Shown here one piece after another: positions 8,657 to 17,076 of a stretch of 64,000 nucleotides of DNA. This DNA is from Planctomycetota bacterium. GTDB lineage: Bacteria; Planctomycetota; Phycisphaerae; Phycisphaerales; SM1A02. The notes under the pieces are model-generated. The model had not been told where the DNA came from. It saw only the letters and a program-made list of their open reading frames with translations, and made no database searches. Position 1 is the stretch's first letter. The number at the start of each line of letters is the position of its first letter. The position numbers were made by a program, and so were the translations under genes. Location: contig VGYQ01000005.1 in the NCBI GenBank assembly GCA_016872915.1, forward strand, positions 171 through 64,170, in the 5' to 3' direction.

Positions 8657-8911
8657 ATGGGTGACTCCCTCGACTCTTGCACTTCTCACTCGATACGCAT
8701 CGATCGCTGTGTCTGTGTCGATGTGACCTTTGAACGCATGCGTGTGTTCGCCGACAAGGAGGGTGTGGCTGATGTCGAGCCATTGCGCCGCGCTTTCGGC
8801 TGTGCCGAGAGCTGCGGTCTCTGCGAGCCATACATCGAGCAGATGCTCGAGACTCGAACGGTGATCTTTTCTTCGCCGCTTCCGCCACGCATACCGCAGC
8901 GCGGCAGCTGA
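8657..8911 (+). CDS. BFD-like [2Fe-2S]-binding domain protein
   Basis: Cys pattern RCVCVDVTF...FGCAESCGLCEPYIEQML (C-x-C...C-x2-C) is typical of bacterioferritin-associated-ferredoxin-like domains. Starts 4 nt after the previous stop. Confidence 0.7.
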   Translation: MGDSLDSCTSHSIRIDRCVCVDVTFERMRVFADKEGVADVEPLRRAFGCAESCGLCEPYIEQMLETRTVIFSSPLPPRIPQRGS

Positions 8912-8960
8912 CTGCCTCAGCGGTCCCGCCGCTCGATTCACTCTGTCGGAACAACGGCAC

Positions 8961-10769
8961 TCAGCGACGGCCGAATCGACGCTCAATATCCGCGAGCGGA
9001 ATGTGTACAGAGGTTGGTCGACCATGAGGACAGTGCGTCCCACGATCCGTGATCGCGCCATCCGCGATCAACCGCGCTGCCTCCTCGCGGCTCAGTCGAT
9101 CACCCGCCTTGACCGCAGCCTTGCAGGCCATCATGTCGAGTACATCTGCAAGCGCCGCTTCCTGGGCATGACCGATCTGCCCAGACTCCACTCCGCGGGC
9201 GAGCGATTCGTCCGCGAGAATCTGGGCCATGAAGACGGCCGCATCCACGTGGCGCTCCAGCAGAAACACAGGGAAGGCGTGAACGGCGATCGACCGCGGT
9301 CCGGCAGGGTTCGCCTCTATGCCGAGCCGCTGAAGGAGCGGCGTGAGTGATTCAAGTGTGGCGAGCGCCTCAGGCGGAACTGCAACTGGGACAGGAACCA
9401 GGAAGCGCTGCTGCATGAGATGGCCTGCGGCGATCCGCCGTCGAAGGTCGGCGAACATCACACGCTCATGCAGCGCATGCTGATCGGTGATGATGATGCC
9501 ATCCTCGCTGGCGTGCACAATCCAGGTTTCGTCCACGAGCAGCACATCCACGCACCGTGTTGGTGCCTGCAACAGTTGCTCAAAAGGTGGCGAATCCGCC
9601 GCTCTCGAAGCGCTTCGAGGAGACCACGCCTTCTCGCGACTGGCAGTGCTGGCAGTGAACATCGGTTTGCCAACGGCAGACGGAGCAGTTGGTCTGTCGA
9701 TGGGTTGAGTCGGCTCGGAGACCACATGAGCTCTGGACTTTTCGAGCAGAGTGCCGCCGTGGGTCGTGCCGACATGAGCCTCCAGCGCATCTGCAACGGC
9801 GTGGTGAACCATTCGGTGCAACTGCCCGGCATTTCGCCAGCGCACTTCCGTCTTTTGCGGATGGACATTGACATCCACGCCGTGTGGATCGATTTCAATG
9901 AACAGCACGAATGTGGGCTGCAGGTTCGGCGCAGCGCGTCCGCGGTATGCCTCACGGACGGCATGCTGGAGCGAGCGGTCGGTGATCGGACGGCCATTCA
10001 CAAAGATGCGCTGTGTGCGGCTGACCGACCGCAGCTTTTCAGGACGGCATGCAAGTCCGACCACTCGGGCGTTGATGCCATCGAACACAGCCTCCCCCGC
10101 GATGGGCATCGGATTTGACCCGAGCACATCTGGGAAGACGGCAAGCGCTCGCGCGAAGAGATCGGCCATCGGTTCGAGAGAAAACACCTCACGCCCCGCA
10201 CTTTCGAGGGTGAAGCCAACGGAGGGATGCGCGAGCGCCGCATTTGTCACCACTTCCGTGACACGTGCTGCCTCTGCAGGATCACTCTTGAGAAACTTTC
10301 GGCGGGCTGGGACATTTCCGAATAGTCCAAGCACTTCGATCGCCGTACCTGCGGCGCCCGCCGCTGGACGCACAGGTTCAAGATGGCCAAAGCGGCTCTC
10401 AAGCACCGCAGCATCGGCAGCTTCGCGCCGCCTCGATCGAATGCGGACATGTGAGACTCCGGCAATGGCTGCAAGGGCTTCTCCTCGGAACCCAAACGTT
10501 CGAAGCGCGTCCAAGTCACGCGTGGCAGCGATCTTGCTTGTGGCGTGGGCTGCGACGGCAAGTGGCAGTTCGGACGGGTCCATACCGCACCCATCGTCGA
10601 CCACCTCGATCGATTCCCGCCCTCCCCCTCGAACTCGAACCGTCAGATGAGTGGCCCCTGCATCGAGGGCGTTCTCGATCAGCTCCTTCACGACACTTGC
10701 CGGTCGTTCCACCACCTCCCCGGCAGCAATTTGCTGAACAATCTCTGCGGGAAGTATGCGAATGGGCAT
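8961..10769 (-). CDS. mutL: DNA mismatch repair protein MutL
   Basis: N-terminal GHKL ATPase signature MPIRILPAEIVQQIAAGEVVERPASVVKELIENALDAGA, DDGCGM, FGFRGEALAAI. C-terminal dimerisation region. Confidence 0.92.
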   Translation of the reverse strand: MPIRILPAEIVQQIAAGEVVERPASVVKELIENALDAGATHLTVRVRGGGRESIEVVDDGCGMDPSELPLAVAAHATSKIAATRDLDALRTFGFRGEALAAIAGVSHVRIRSRRREAADAAVLESRFGHLEPVRPAAGAAGTAIEVLGLFGNVPARRKFLKSDPAEAARVTEVVTNAALAHPSVGFTLESAGREVFSLEPMADLFARALAVFPDVLGSNPMPIAGEAVFDGINARVVGLACRPEKLRSVSRTQRIFVNGRPITDRSLQHAVREAYRGRAAPNLQPTFVLFIEIDPHGVDVNVHPQKTEVRWRNAGQLHRMVHHAVADALEAHVGTTHGGTLLEKSRAHVVSEPTQPIDRPTAPSAVGKPMFTASTASREKAWSPRSASRAADSPPFEQLLQAPTRCVDVLLVDETWIVHASEDGIIITDQHALHERVMFADLRRRIAAGHLMQQRFLVPVPVAVPPEALATLESLTPLLQRLGIEANPAGPRSIAVHAFPVFLLERHVDAAVFMAQILADESLARGVESGQIGHAQEAALADVLDMMACKAAVKAGDRLSREEAARLIADGAITDRGTHCPHGRPTSVHIPLADIERRFGRR

Positions 10770-10789
10770 GCCGTGGGTATGGTAGAGCC

Positions 10790-11569
10790 ATGCGCGACAC
10801 GGTTGTCGTGGGAGATGTGCATGGATGCGGAGCGGAGTTGCGAGCGATGTTTCGTCGACTCGCTCGCCGCCATGAGACGCCTCGTGTCGTCTTGCTCGGC
10901 GACCTGCTCACCAAAGGACCTCGACCGGATTTGGTGGTGGAAGAGATCATTGCGCGGCGGCGCGCAGGTTGGCGCGTCGACCTCGTGTGCGGCAATCATG
11001 AGCCGCGCGCACTCGCTGCGATCCGACGGGCGGGGCCCACGGGCGATACGCGCGACTTGCCGCCGCGACTGGGTGAGATGGTCGATGTGCTTGCCGATGC
11101 GGATCTGCTCGAGGAGTCGCAAACGCTTCTGCGCGAGGCGATGCGGAACAATTTCGTGCGGGGGCGATCGCCCTATCCATGGACAGCGGTGCACGCTGGA
11201 ATCAATCCAACGCGAGGTTTCAATCGCACGTCACCGCGCGTTCGCATGACGATCAAATCTGCCGATGGAGAATCCGACTGGTGGTGGCAGTACGACGGGA
11301 CGGATGGGTTGCTGATCGTGGGTCATCGACCATTGACACGCCCCCTGATGCTGACGCGCCCCACCGGGCGCCCGGTAGTGGTGGCGATCGATACGGGCTG
11401 TGTCTACGGTGGAGCGCTCACTGCATACTGCATCCGAACCGCCACATTCATCGAGATACCGAGCGAACAGCCGCGCCTATTCAGTTTCCGACACCGAGTG
11501 AGCGAACGTCTGGCGTCGAGCGCATGGCGAGCGGCATCCGCCGGCCGGGGCCGAACGCTCGCGCGCTGA
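10790..11569 (+). CDS. Metallophosphoesterase (PPP-family, ApaH/PrpE-like phosphatase)
   Basis: VVGDVHGC, LLGDLLTKGP and CGNHE motifs. ATG at 10790; the ORF-track start at 10451 is antisense to mutL. The 3' end overlaps convergent nadE by 89 nt. Confidence 0.75.
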   Translation: MRDTVVVGDVHGCGAELRAMFRRLARRHETPRVVLLGDLLTKGPRPDLVVEEIIARRRAGWRVDLVCGNHEPRALAAIRRAGPTGDTRDLPPRLGEMVDVLADADLLEESQTLLREAMRNNFVRGRSPYPWTAVHAGINPTRGFNRTSPRVRMTIKSADGESDWWWQYDGTDGLLIVGHRPLTRPLMLTRPTGRPVVVAIDTGCVYGGALTAYCIRTATFIEIPSEQPRLFSFRHRVSERLASSAWRAASAGRGRTLAR

Positions 11570-13166
11570 CCTTCAAGATCAGAGGTGCTTGGAAGCGCTT
11601 GTACTGCGCGGCATCGATGGCGCGCGTCCACCTTTGAACGACCGAGAGATCGAAGGCATTCCGCGTGGCGATCTCCTCAACGGTTCGCTCCTCGTCGACC
11701 CAACCCTCCACAATCGCATCGAGCATGTCGTAAGGCGGCAGAGAATCCTGATCGACCTGCCCGGGACGGAGTTCAGCGGACGGGGCCTTGTCGATACTTG
11801 CAGCCGGGATTGGTGCTTTCGCCAGACCGATGATCTGGGGGCATGCATTGAGCCGACGAGCGATGGCGTACACCTGCTGCTTCGTCAGATCACCAAGCGG
11901 GGCGAGGCCGCCCACCATGTCGCCATACAGCGTCGAATAGCCGACCGCCAACTCACTTTTGTTCCCGGTCGACAGCACCAGCGCACCCGTCGCATTCGAC
12001 AGCGTCATGAGCGTGAGGCCACGCAGTCGACTCTGCAGATTCTCGTCGGTCAAACCTGCCAGATCACAACTCGCGCCAAAATGTCTTCGCGCGAGAGCAT
12101 GCAGATCATGAATCGGCAGAAGGTCGGGCGAACGCATGCCAAGGCGCTTCGCCGTGTCCTTGGCATCGCTCAGCGATCCCTCCGAGGAGTACTGACTCGG
12201 CATCGAAACGCCACGCACCGCATCCGCCCCAAGCGCGGCCACCGCGAGTGCCGCAAGCAGTGCGCTGTCGATCCCGCCCGAGAGCCCAAGCAGTGCACTG
12301 CGATGTCCAGTCTTGCGCACATAACCGCGGATCCCCTCCACCACTGCCTGCGCAATTTCATCCGCTTCTACAGCGGCATCCGGTACCCGATCATGAACAT
12401 CCAGCGCTGTCACCAACTCCACATCACCGAAGGGTCGCGTGAACGCACCGCTGCCGTCGGGATGCATCAGGCATGATCCTCCATCAAAGACGAAGTCGTC
12501 GTTCGCGCCCGATGCATTCACCATCGCAATGGAGCGCCCCGCGCGCTGTGCAGCCGAGTGAAGCACGCGCAGCCGCTGCAGGTGCTTGCCCGCACAAAAC
12601 GGCGAGGCACTCATCGCCACAAGCAATTGCGCACCTTCACCAACACTGTCCGCGACAGGGTCCCCGAGGTATGTGCCCTCACCGACGTCTTCGCCTCGCC
12701 ACAAATCCTCGCATAAGAGCAGCCCCACGCGTTGACCGCCCACATGAATACACAGCGGCTGATGCCCTGCCTTGAAGTAGCGCGCCTCGTCAAAGACGTC
12801 GTACTGCGGCAGCAGTCGCTTGCGGTACACGCACTCGACCGCCCCGCCACGCAAGACCAGACACGCGTTGCTGATCCCCGCACCCGATTCACAAGGCCAC
12901 GGAGTGCCCACAAGGACCGCACTTTCGCCAGCGCCCCCCCGCGCCAAATCCGCTGCCAGCTCGTGCGCAGTCTGCATACAGCGTTCGACCAATCCCGCGC
13001 GGAGGAGAAGATCGCGTGGTGGATAGCCCAAGAGGGAAAGCTCAGGTGTGACAATCAGTGGAACGCCTGTCCGCGCCAACGGCTCGGCTGCCGAACGAAT
13101 CCTCGCCGAATTCCCGGCGAGGTCTCCGACTGTCGAATCGAGAGACAGGAGCGCGAGGCGCATCAC
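11481..13166 (-). CDS. nadE: Glutamine-dependent NAD+ synthetase
   Basis: N-terminal C-N hydrolase domain (LIVTPELSLLGYPPRDLL, LLCEDLW) and C-terminal synthetase domain (LGLSGGIDSAL P-loop). GTG at 13166 or ATG at 13163, overlapping the ilvA stop. Confidence 0.9.
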   Translation of the reverse strand: MMRLALLSLDSTVGDLAGNSARIRSAAEPLARTGVPLIVTPELSLLGYPPRDLLLRAGLVERCMQTAHELAADLARGGAGESAVLVGTPWPCESGAGISNACLVLRGGAVECVYRKRLLPQYDVFDEARYFKAGHQPLCIHVGGQRVGLLLCEDLWRGEDVGEGTYLGDPVADSVGEGAQLLVAMSASPFCAGKHLQRLRVLHSAAQRAGRSIAMVNASGANDDFVFDGGSCLMHPDGSGAFTRPFGDVELVTALDVHDRVPDAAVEADEIAQAVVEGIRGYVRKTGHRSALLGLSGGIDSALLAALAVAALGADAVRGVSMPSQYSSEGSLSDAKDTAKRLGMRSPDLLPIHDLHALARRHFGASCDLAGLTDENLQSRLRGLTLMTLSNATGALVLSTGNKSELAVGYSTLYGDMVGGLAPLGDLTKQQVYAIARRLNACPQIIGLAKAPIPAASIDKAPSAELRPGQVDQDSLPPYDMLDAIVEGWVDEERTVEEIATRNAFDLSVVQRWTRAIDAAQYKRFQAPLILKVSARAFGPGRRMPLAMRSTPDVRSLGVGN

Positions 13167-14434
13167 TTGAGATTCGCAATCTGACGGAGGCTGCCCCGAG
13201 CCAAGACATCGATGCCCCGCCCCCGCAGCGCGGCGAACACCTCTTCCGTGTGGTCAGGCCCGCGTACCTCAATCTGACAGAGCACCTGCACACGCGAAAT
13301 ATCATCCTCGCCGAAGGCCCTTTCGTGCGAGACTTGCTTCACGCTCGCCCCCGTGGATGCGATGGCCGATGCGAGTTCCGCGAGCCCGCCTGGTCGATCG
13401 CGGATGACCGCCAAAAACTGGATCATGCGCCCATCGAGAGCGAGTCCATGCTCAATGACACGGGCAAGCACGGTGGGGTCAATATTGCCGCCGCACAGCA
13501 TGAAGCACACGCGACGACCGCGCAGACTGTCGAGTTGGCCCTCGAGCATCGCCGCGACCGGCGTTGCCGCAGCACCCTCGGCGACGACTCGTTCAATCTC
13601 CAAGAGCCGAAGAATCGCACGCGTGATGGAATCCTCGTCCACCGTGCACACGGACTCGAGCCTTCCTCGAACGACCTCCAATGCCGCCGCACCAACTTCG
13701 GGGACGCCCAGACCATCCGCGAGCGACGGCTCGGCGGAGACTTTGACTGGCTTCCCTTCCCGAAGTGCGGCGGTCATGCTTGCGCAGCGGGCGGCCTCCA
13801 CACCGATGATGCGCAGCGTTGGTCGCACAGCCGCGGCAGCGAGGACGATGCCCGCGACAAGTCCCCCGCCACCGACTGGAGTCACAATCGCATCGAGATC
13901 GCCGACCTGCTCCATGGCCTCCAGCGCGCATGTTCCGGCGCCAGCGATGATTGCCCGATCATTGAACCCATTGATGTATGCCAGCCCGTCAGCAGCAGCG
14001 ATCGCATCGGCATGCTCACGTGCATCGGCAATGTTGTCGCCATGCAGAAGGACTCGCGCTCCATACTGCCTGCAGCGCACCTGCTTCACCAGCGGTGCAA
14101 ATCGTGGCATGACGACTGTGACTGGGACACCGAGTCCCTTGCCATGGAAGGCGAGCGCAAGCGCATGATTTCCAGCGCTTGCGGAGATCACCCCACGCTC
14201 TCGCTGCGCCGAACCCAGCGACAAGAGCGCGTGCCGCGCACCACGTTCCTTGAAGGAACCCGTCGCCTGCATCAGATCGAGCTTGCACCACACCTCTGCG
14301 CCGAGCACCTGCGACAATGCACCGCTGTACAGACAAGGTGTGCGCACCACGCCTCCCGAAAGGCTGCGCGCCGCATCAAGCACATCCTGGGCGGTCGGCA
14401 GCGGCATAGCGGCGACTGCCATGGCAGCGTTCAC
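13163..14434 (-). CDS. ilvA: Threonine ammonia-lyase (threonine dehydratase) with C-terminal ACT-like domain
   Basis: PLP-dependent fold-type II motifs (GSFKERGA; GGGGL loop VTPVGGGGLVAG). Regulatory C-terminal domain. The GTG start at 14434 overlaps the pckA stop; alternative ATG at 14422. Confidence 0.85.
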   Translation of the reverse strand: MNAAMAVAAMPLPTAQDVLDAARSLSGGVVRTPCLYSGALSQVLGAEVWCKLDLMQATGSFKERGARHALLSLGSAQRERGVISASAGNHALALAFHGKGLGVPVTVVMPRFAPLVKQVRCRQYGARVLLHGDNIADAREHADAIAAADGLAYINGFNDRAIIAGAGTCALEAMEQVGDLDAIVTPVGGGGLVAGIVLAAAAVRPTLRIIGVEAARCASMTAALREGKPVKVSAEPSLADGLGVPEVGAAALEVVRGRLESVCTVDEDSITRAILRLLEIERVVAEGAAATPVAAMLEGQLDSLRGRRVCFMLCGGNIDPTVLARVIEHGLALDGRMIQFLAVIRDRPGGLAELASAIASTGASVKQVSHERAFGEDDISRVQVLCQIEVRGPDHTEEVFAALRGRGIDVLARGSLRQIANLK

Positions 14435-16026
14435 GAGACCATCGGACCCGCGGCGCGAACTTCAGGCGTCACCGAAAACTTCGCATCATTCGCACGGAAG
14501 CGCGTGGCGAGATCACGCGCCTTCGCGTCGTAGGCGGTCTTGTCGGCCCACGTGTTCCGGGGATCGAGCACTTCGGCGGGCACACCGTCCACCTGTGATG
14601 GAACAGCCAACCCGAAGATCGGATCCTTGCGGAAGGATGCACGACTCAAAGAGCCATTGAGAATGGCGTTCACAAAGGCCCGGGTGTATGCCAACTTGAA
14701 GCGCGAACCAACGCCGTACGGACCTCCCGTCCAACCCGTATTCAGCAGCCAGACGTCGGACCCGTGCTTCGCGATTCGATCGCGCAGCATCTCCGCGTAA
14801 CGCATGGGTGGTCGCGGCATGAATGGGCCACCGAAGCATGCGGAGAAGTTCGGCTGTGGTTCTGTCACGCCCGCCTCCGTACCCGCCAGTTTCGACGTGT
14901 AGCCGTTGAGGAAGTAGTACATCGCCTGCTCTGCCGTGAGCTTGGAAACAGGAGGCAACACACCAAACGCATCCGCAGTCAGGAAGATGACATTCTTCGG
15001 ATGACCTGCAACGCTCGGAATGCGTGCGTTGCGGATATACGACACGGGGTAGGTGACTCGCGTGTTCTCGGTACGCGCCGAACTGTCGTAGTCCGGAATA
15101 CGCGTCACGGGATCGATGGTGGTGTTTTCGAGCACGCTTCCAAAGCGGATCGCATCCCAGATTTCTGGTTCCCCCTCGCGAGAAAGCTTGATGCACTTCG
15201 CGTAGCAGCCGCCTTCCATGTTGAAGACGCCCTTGTCGCTCCATCCATGCTCATCATCGCCCACCAAGTCACGGTTCGGATCGGCTGAAAGCGTTGTCTT
15301 GCCAGTTCCCGAGAGCCCGAAGAAAAGTGCCACATTTGCAGGATCCTTCCGGTCCACATTGCAGGAGCAGTGCATCGGAAAAACCTTCATCGCCGGAAGA
15401 TCGAAATTCATCGCATAAAAGATCGACTTCTTCATCTCACCGGCGTACCGAGTTCCCACGATGAGCACTGTCCGCTTCTCAAGACTCTGCGCAATGCAGA
15501 CCGGCCCCTTCGCCCCATACTTTGCGGGATCGTCCAGTCGCAGGCTTCCCGCATTGATGATCGTCCAGTCCTGATGCCAGTTCTTGAGATCGGCGCTCTC
15601 CGCGTTGATGAACAGGGTCTTGGCGAACAAGCTGTGCCAAGCCTCTTCCGTAAAAACCGAAACCTTGAGGCGAAACGCCGGATCGGCGCCCGCGTAGCCA
15701 TCAAAGCGGTACAGCTGCTCGCGTCGACTGAGGGTCGACAACACAAGCCTCTCCAGCGCATCGAAGTGCTCAGGGCTCATCGGCTGATTCACCTTGCCCC
15801 AGTCGATGTCTCCATGAATTCGAGCCGAATCCTCCAAGAACTTGTCATTGGGGCTACGTCCGGTGCGGTCGCCCGTGTCGCACGCGAGCGCACCGTTTGC
15901 CGCCAAACGGCCCTCACCGCGCGCAAGCGCATGCTCAATGAGCTCCGCAGTCGGAACATTGGAGAGGATCTTTGCAGGGCCAAAGGAATGGCGCATCATC
16001 GACGATTGGGCGGTCATGGTGGTCAT
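14431..16026 (-). CDS. pckA: Phosphoenolpyruvate carboxykinase (ATP)
   Basis: Kinase-1a P-loop FFGLSGTGKTTLS, GDDEHGW, CYAKCI and overall length are typical of ATP-dependent PckA. Confidence 0.93.
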   Translation of the reverse strand: MTTMTAQSSMMRHSFGPAKILSNVPTAELIEHALARGEGRLAANGALACDTGDRTGRSPNDKFLEDSARIHGDIDWGKVNQPMSPEHFDALERLVLSTLSRREQLYRFDGYAGADPAFRLKVSVFTEEAWHSLFAKTLFINAESADLKNWHQDWTIINAGSLRLDDPAKYGAKGPVCIAQSLEKRTVLIVGTRYAGEMKKSIFYAMNFDLPAMKVFPMHCSCNVDRKDPANVALFFGLSGTGKTTLSADPNRDLVGDDEHGWSDKGVFNMEGGCYAKCIKLSREGEPEIWDAIRFGSVLENTTIDPVTRIPDYDSSARTENTRVTYPVSYIRNARIPSVAGHPKNVIFLTADAFGVLPPVSKLTAEQAMYYFLNGYTSKLAGTEAGVTEPQPNFSACFGGPFMPRPPMRYAEMLRDRIAKHGSDVWLLNTGWTGGPYGVGSRFKLAYTRAFVNAILNGSLSRASFRKDPIFGLAVPSQVDGVPAEVLDPRNTWADKTAYDAKARDLATRFRANDAKFSVTPEVRAAGPMVS

Positions 16027-16030
16027 AAAG

Positions 16031-16057
16031 GACTTCCCGAAGGAGGGTCGGGAAGTC
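16031..16057. repeat. Perfect 9-bp inverted repeat GACTTCCCG-N9-CGGGAAGTC, 5 nt upstream of the pckA start codon
   Basis: Read directly: 16031-16039 GACTTCCCG, loop AAGGAGGGT, 16049-16057 CGGGAAGTC. Function unknown (operator or 5'-UTR hairpin). Confidence 0.9.
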
Positions 16058-16126
16058 TATCACGACCGACGGTCCGATTCCCTTTGCAGGGTGCACTCTA
16101 ACTTCCTACCATCCTGCCCTTTCCAT

Positions 16127-16200
16127 GGCGGCCGTAGCTCAGTCGGTAGAGCGCCGGGTTGTGATCCTGGATGTCGCGGGTTCAAGTCCCGTCGGTCGCC
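16127..16200 (+). tRNA. tRNA-His (anticodon GUG) with encoded G-1
   Basis: G-1 at 16127 pairs with C73. Acceptor GCGGCCG/CGGTCGC, D-arm GCTC-AGTCGGTA-GAGC, anticodon arm CCGGG-TTGTGAT-CCTGG, T-arm GCGGG-TTCAAGT-CCCGT. Confidence 0.9.
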
Positions 16201-16214
16201 CTCCCCGATAAACG

Positions 16215-16985
16215 ATGCGTTTTCACGCGCTGCAGACCAATCCCAAGTGGGAACGCATCTCCGAGAATCGCTCGGCAATACGTTCGGCCCTCGACACGCA
16301 GCGCCCCGCGCCGGGTGATCTTGTGGTCCTGCCGGAACTCTGCGAGACGGGCTTCACGATGCGTGCCGAGCTCGCGGCGGCGCCGGATTCCACTGAGTGG
16401 ATGGGTCAACTGGCAAAGGACCATGGAATTTTCCTCCAAGCAGGCATCGCACGGAGGGTCGAGGGTGGAACAGCGAATACGGCGACCGTCTTCGCGCCAA
16501 CAGGCGAAGAAATCGGTTGCTACAGGAAGGTGTTTCTCTTTACGCCTGGTGGAGAACACCGTGCATATTCGCCTGGAAATGGCCCGGTCGTCATCGACTG
16601 CGCCGGGGTACGCATTGCACCGATGATCTGCTACGACCTCCGATTTCCTGAGCTCTTCCGGCATGCGCTGATGTCCGGCGCGGAAGTGTTCACCTTCTCT
16701 GCGTGCTGGCCGTCTGCTCGACTCCACCAGAAGCGCGCCATGCTGATCGCGCGAGCACTCGAAAATCAGGCAGCGATCGTGGCATCCAACCGCACCGGCA
16801 GCGAGCCAACCATCGTCTACAGCGGTGGTTCCGTCATTCTTGATCATGTCGGGAACGAACTGGCATCGGTCAAAGCGGAGTCAGACACGATGACCTCGGC
16901 TGACATCGACATTGCCGGGCTTCGTGCTTTCCGCGCATCCTTCCCCGTGGCTTCCGATATTCGTCGATCCCTTCTCGGACTGTGA
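16215..16985 (+). CDS. Carbon-nitrogen hydrolase family protein (nitrilase/omega-amidase-like)
   Basis: Catalytic-triad contexts VVLPELCETGF (Glu) and APMICYDLRFPELF (Cys). About 256 aa, typical of the family. Confidence 0.8.
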   Translation: MRFHALQTNPKWERISENRSAIRSALDTQRPAPGDLVVLPELCETGFTMRAELAAAPDSTEWMGQLAKDHGIFLQAGIARRVEGGTANTATVFAPTGEEIGCYRKVFLFTPGGEHRAYSPGNGPVVIDCAGVRIAPMICYDLRFPELFRHALMSGAEVFTFSACWPSARLHQKRAMLIARALENQAAIVASNRTGSEPTIVYSGGSVILDHVGNELASVKAESDTMTSADIDIAGLRAFRASFPVASDIRRSLLGL

Positions 16986-17076
16986 ACAACTCCAACACGC
17001 GTTGACGCGTGTGCTGAGATTCGTAGACTCTCGCAAACGGAGCGCTGGTTTCCTCTGCGACCCGTGCAGGAGCAAG

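Noticed and set aside
10451-10789. Upstream extension of the metallophosphoesterase ORF
   Set aside because: It overlaps mutL antisense. Family homology (VVGDVHGC) starts right after the ATG at 10790.
17000-17030. GCTGAGA segment reminiscent of the TPP-riboswitch CUGAGA core
   Set aside because: The other conserved THI-box elements are absent, and no thiamine-related gene lies downstream.
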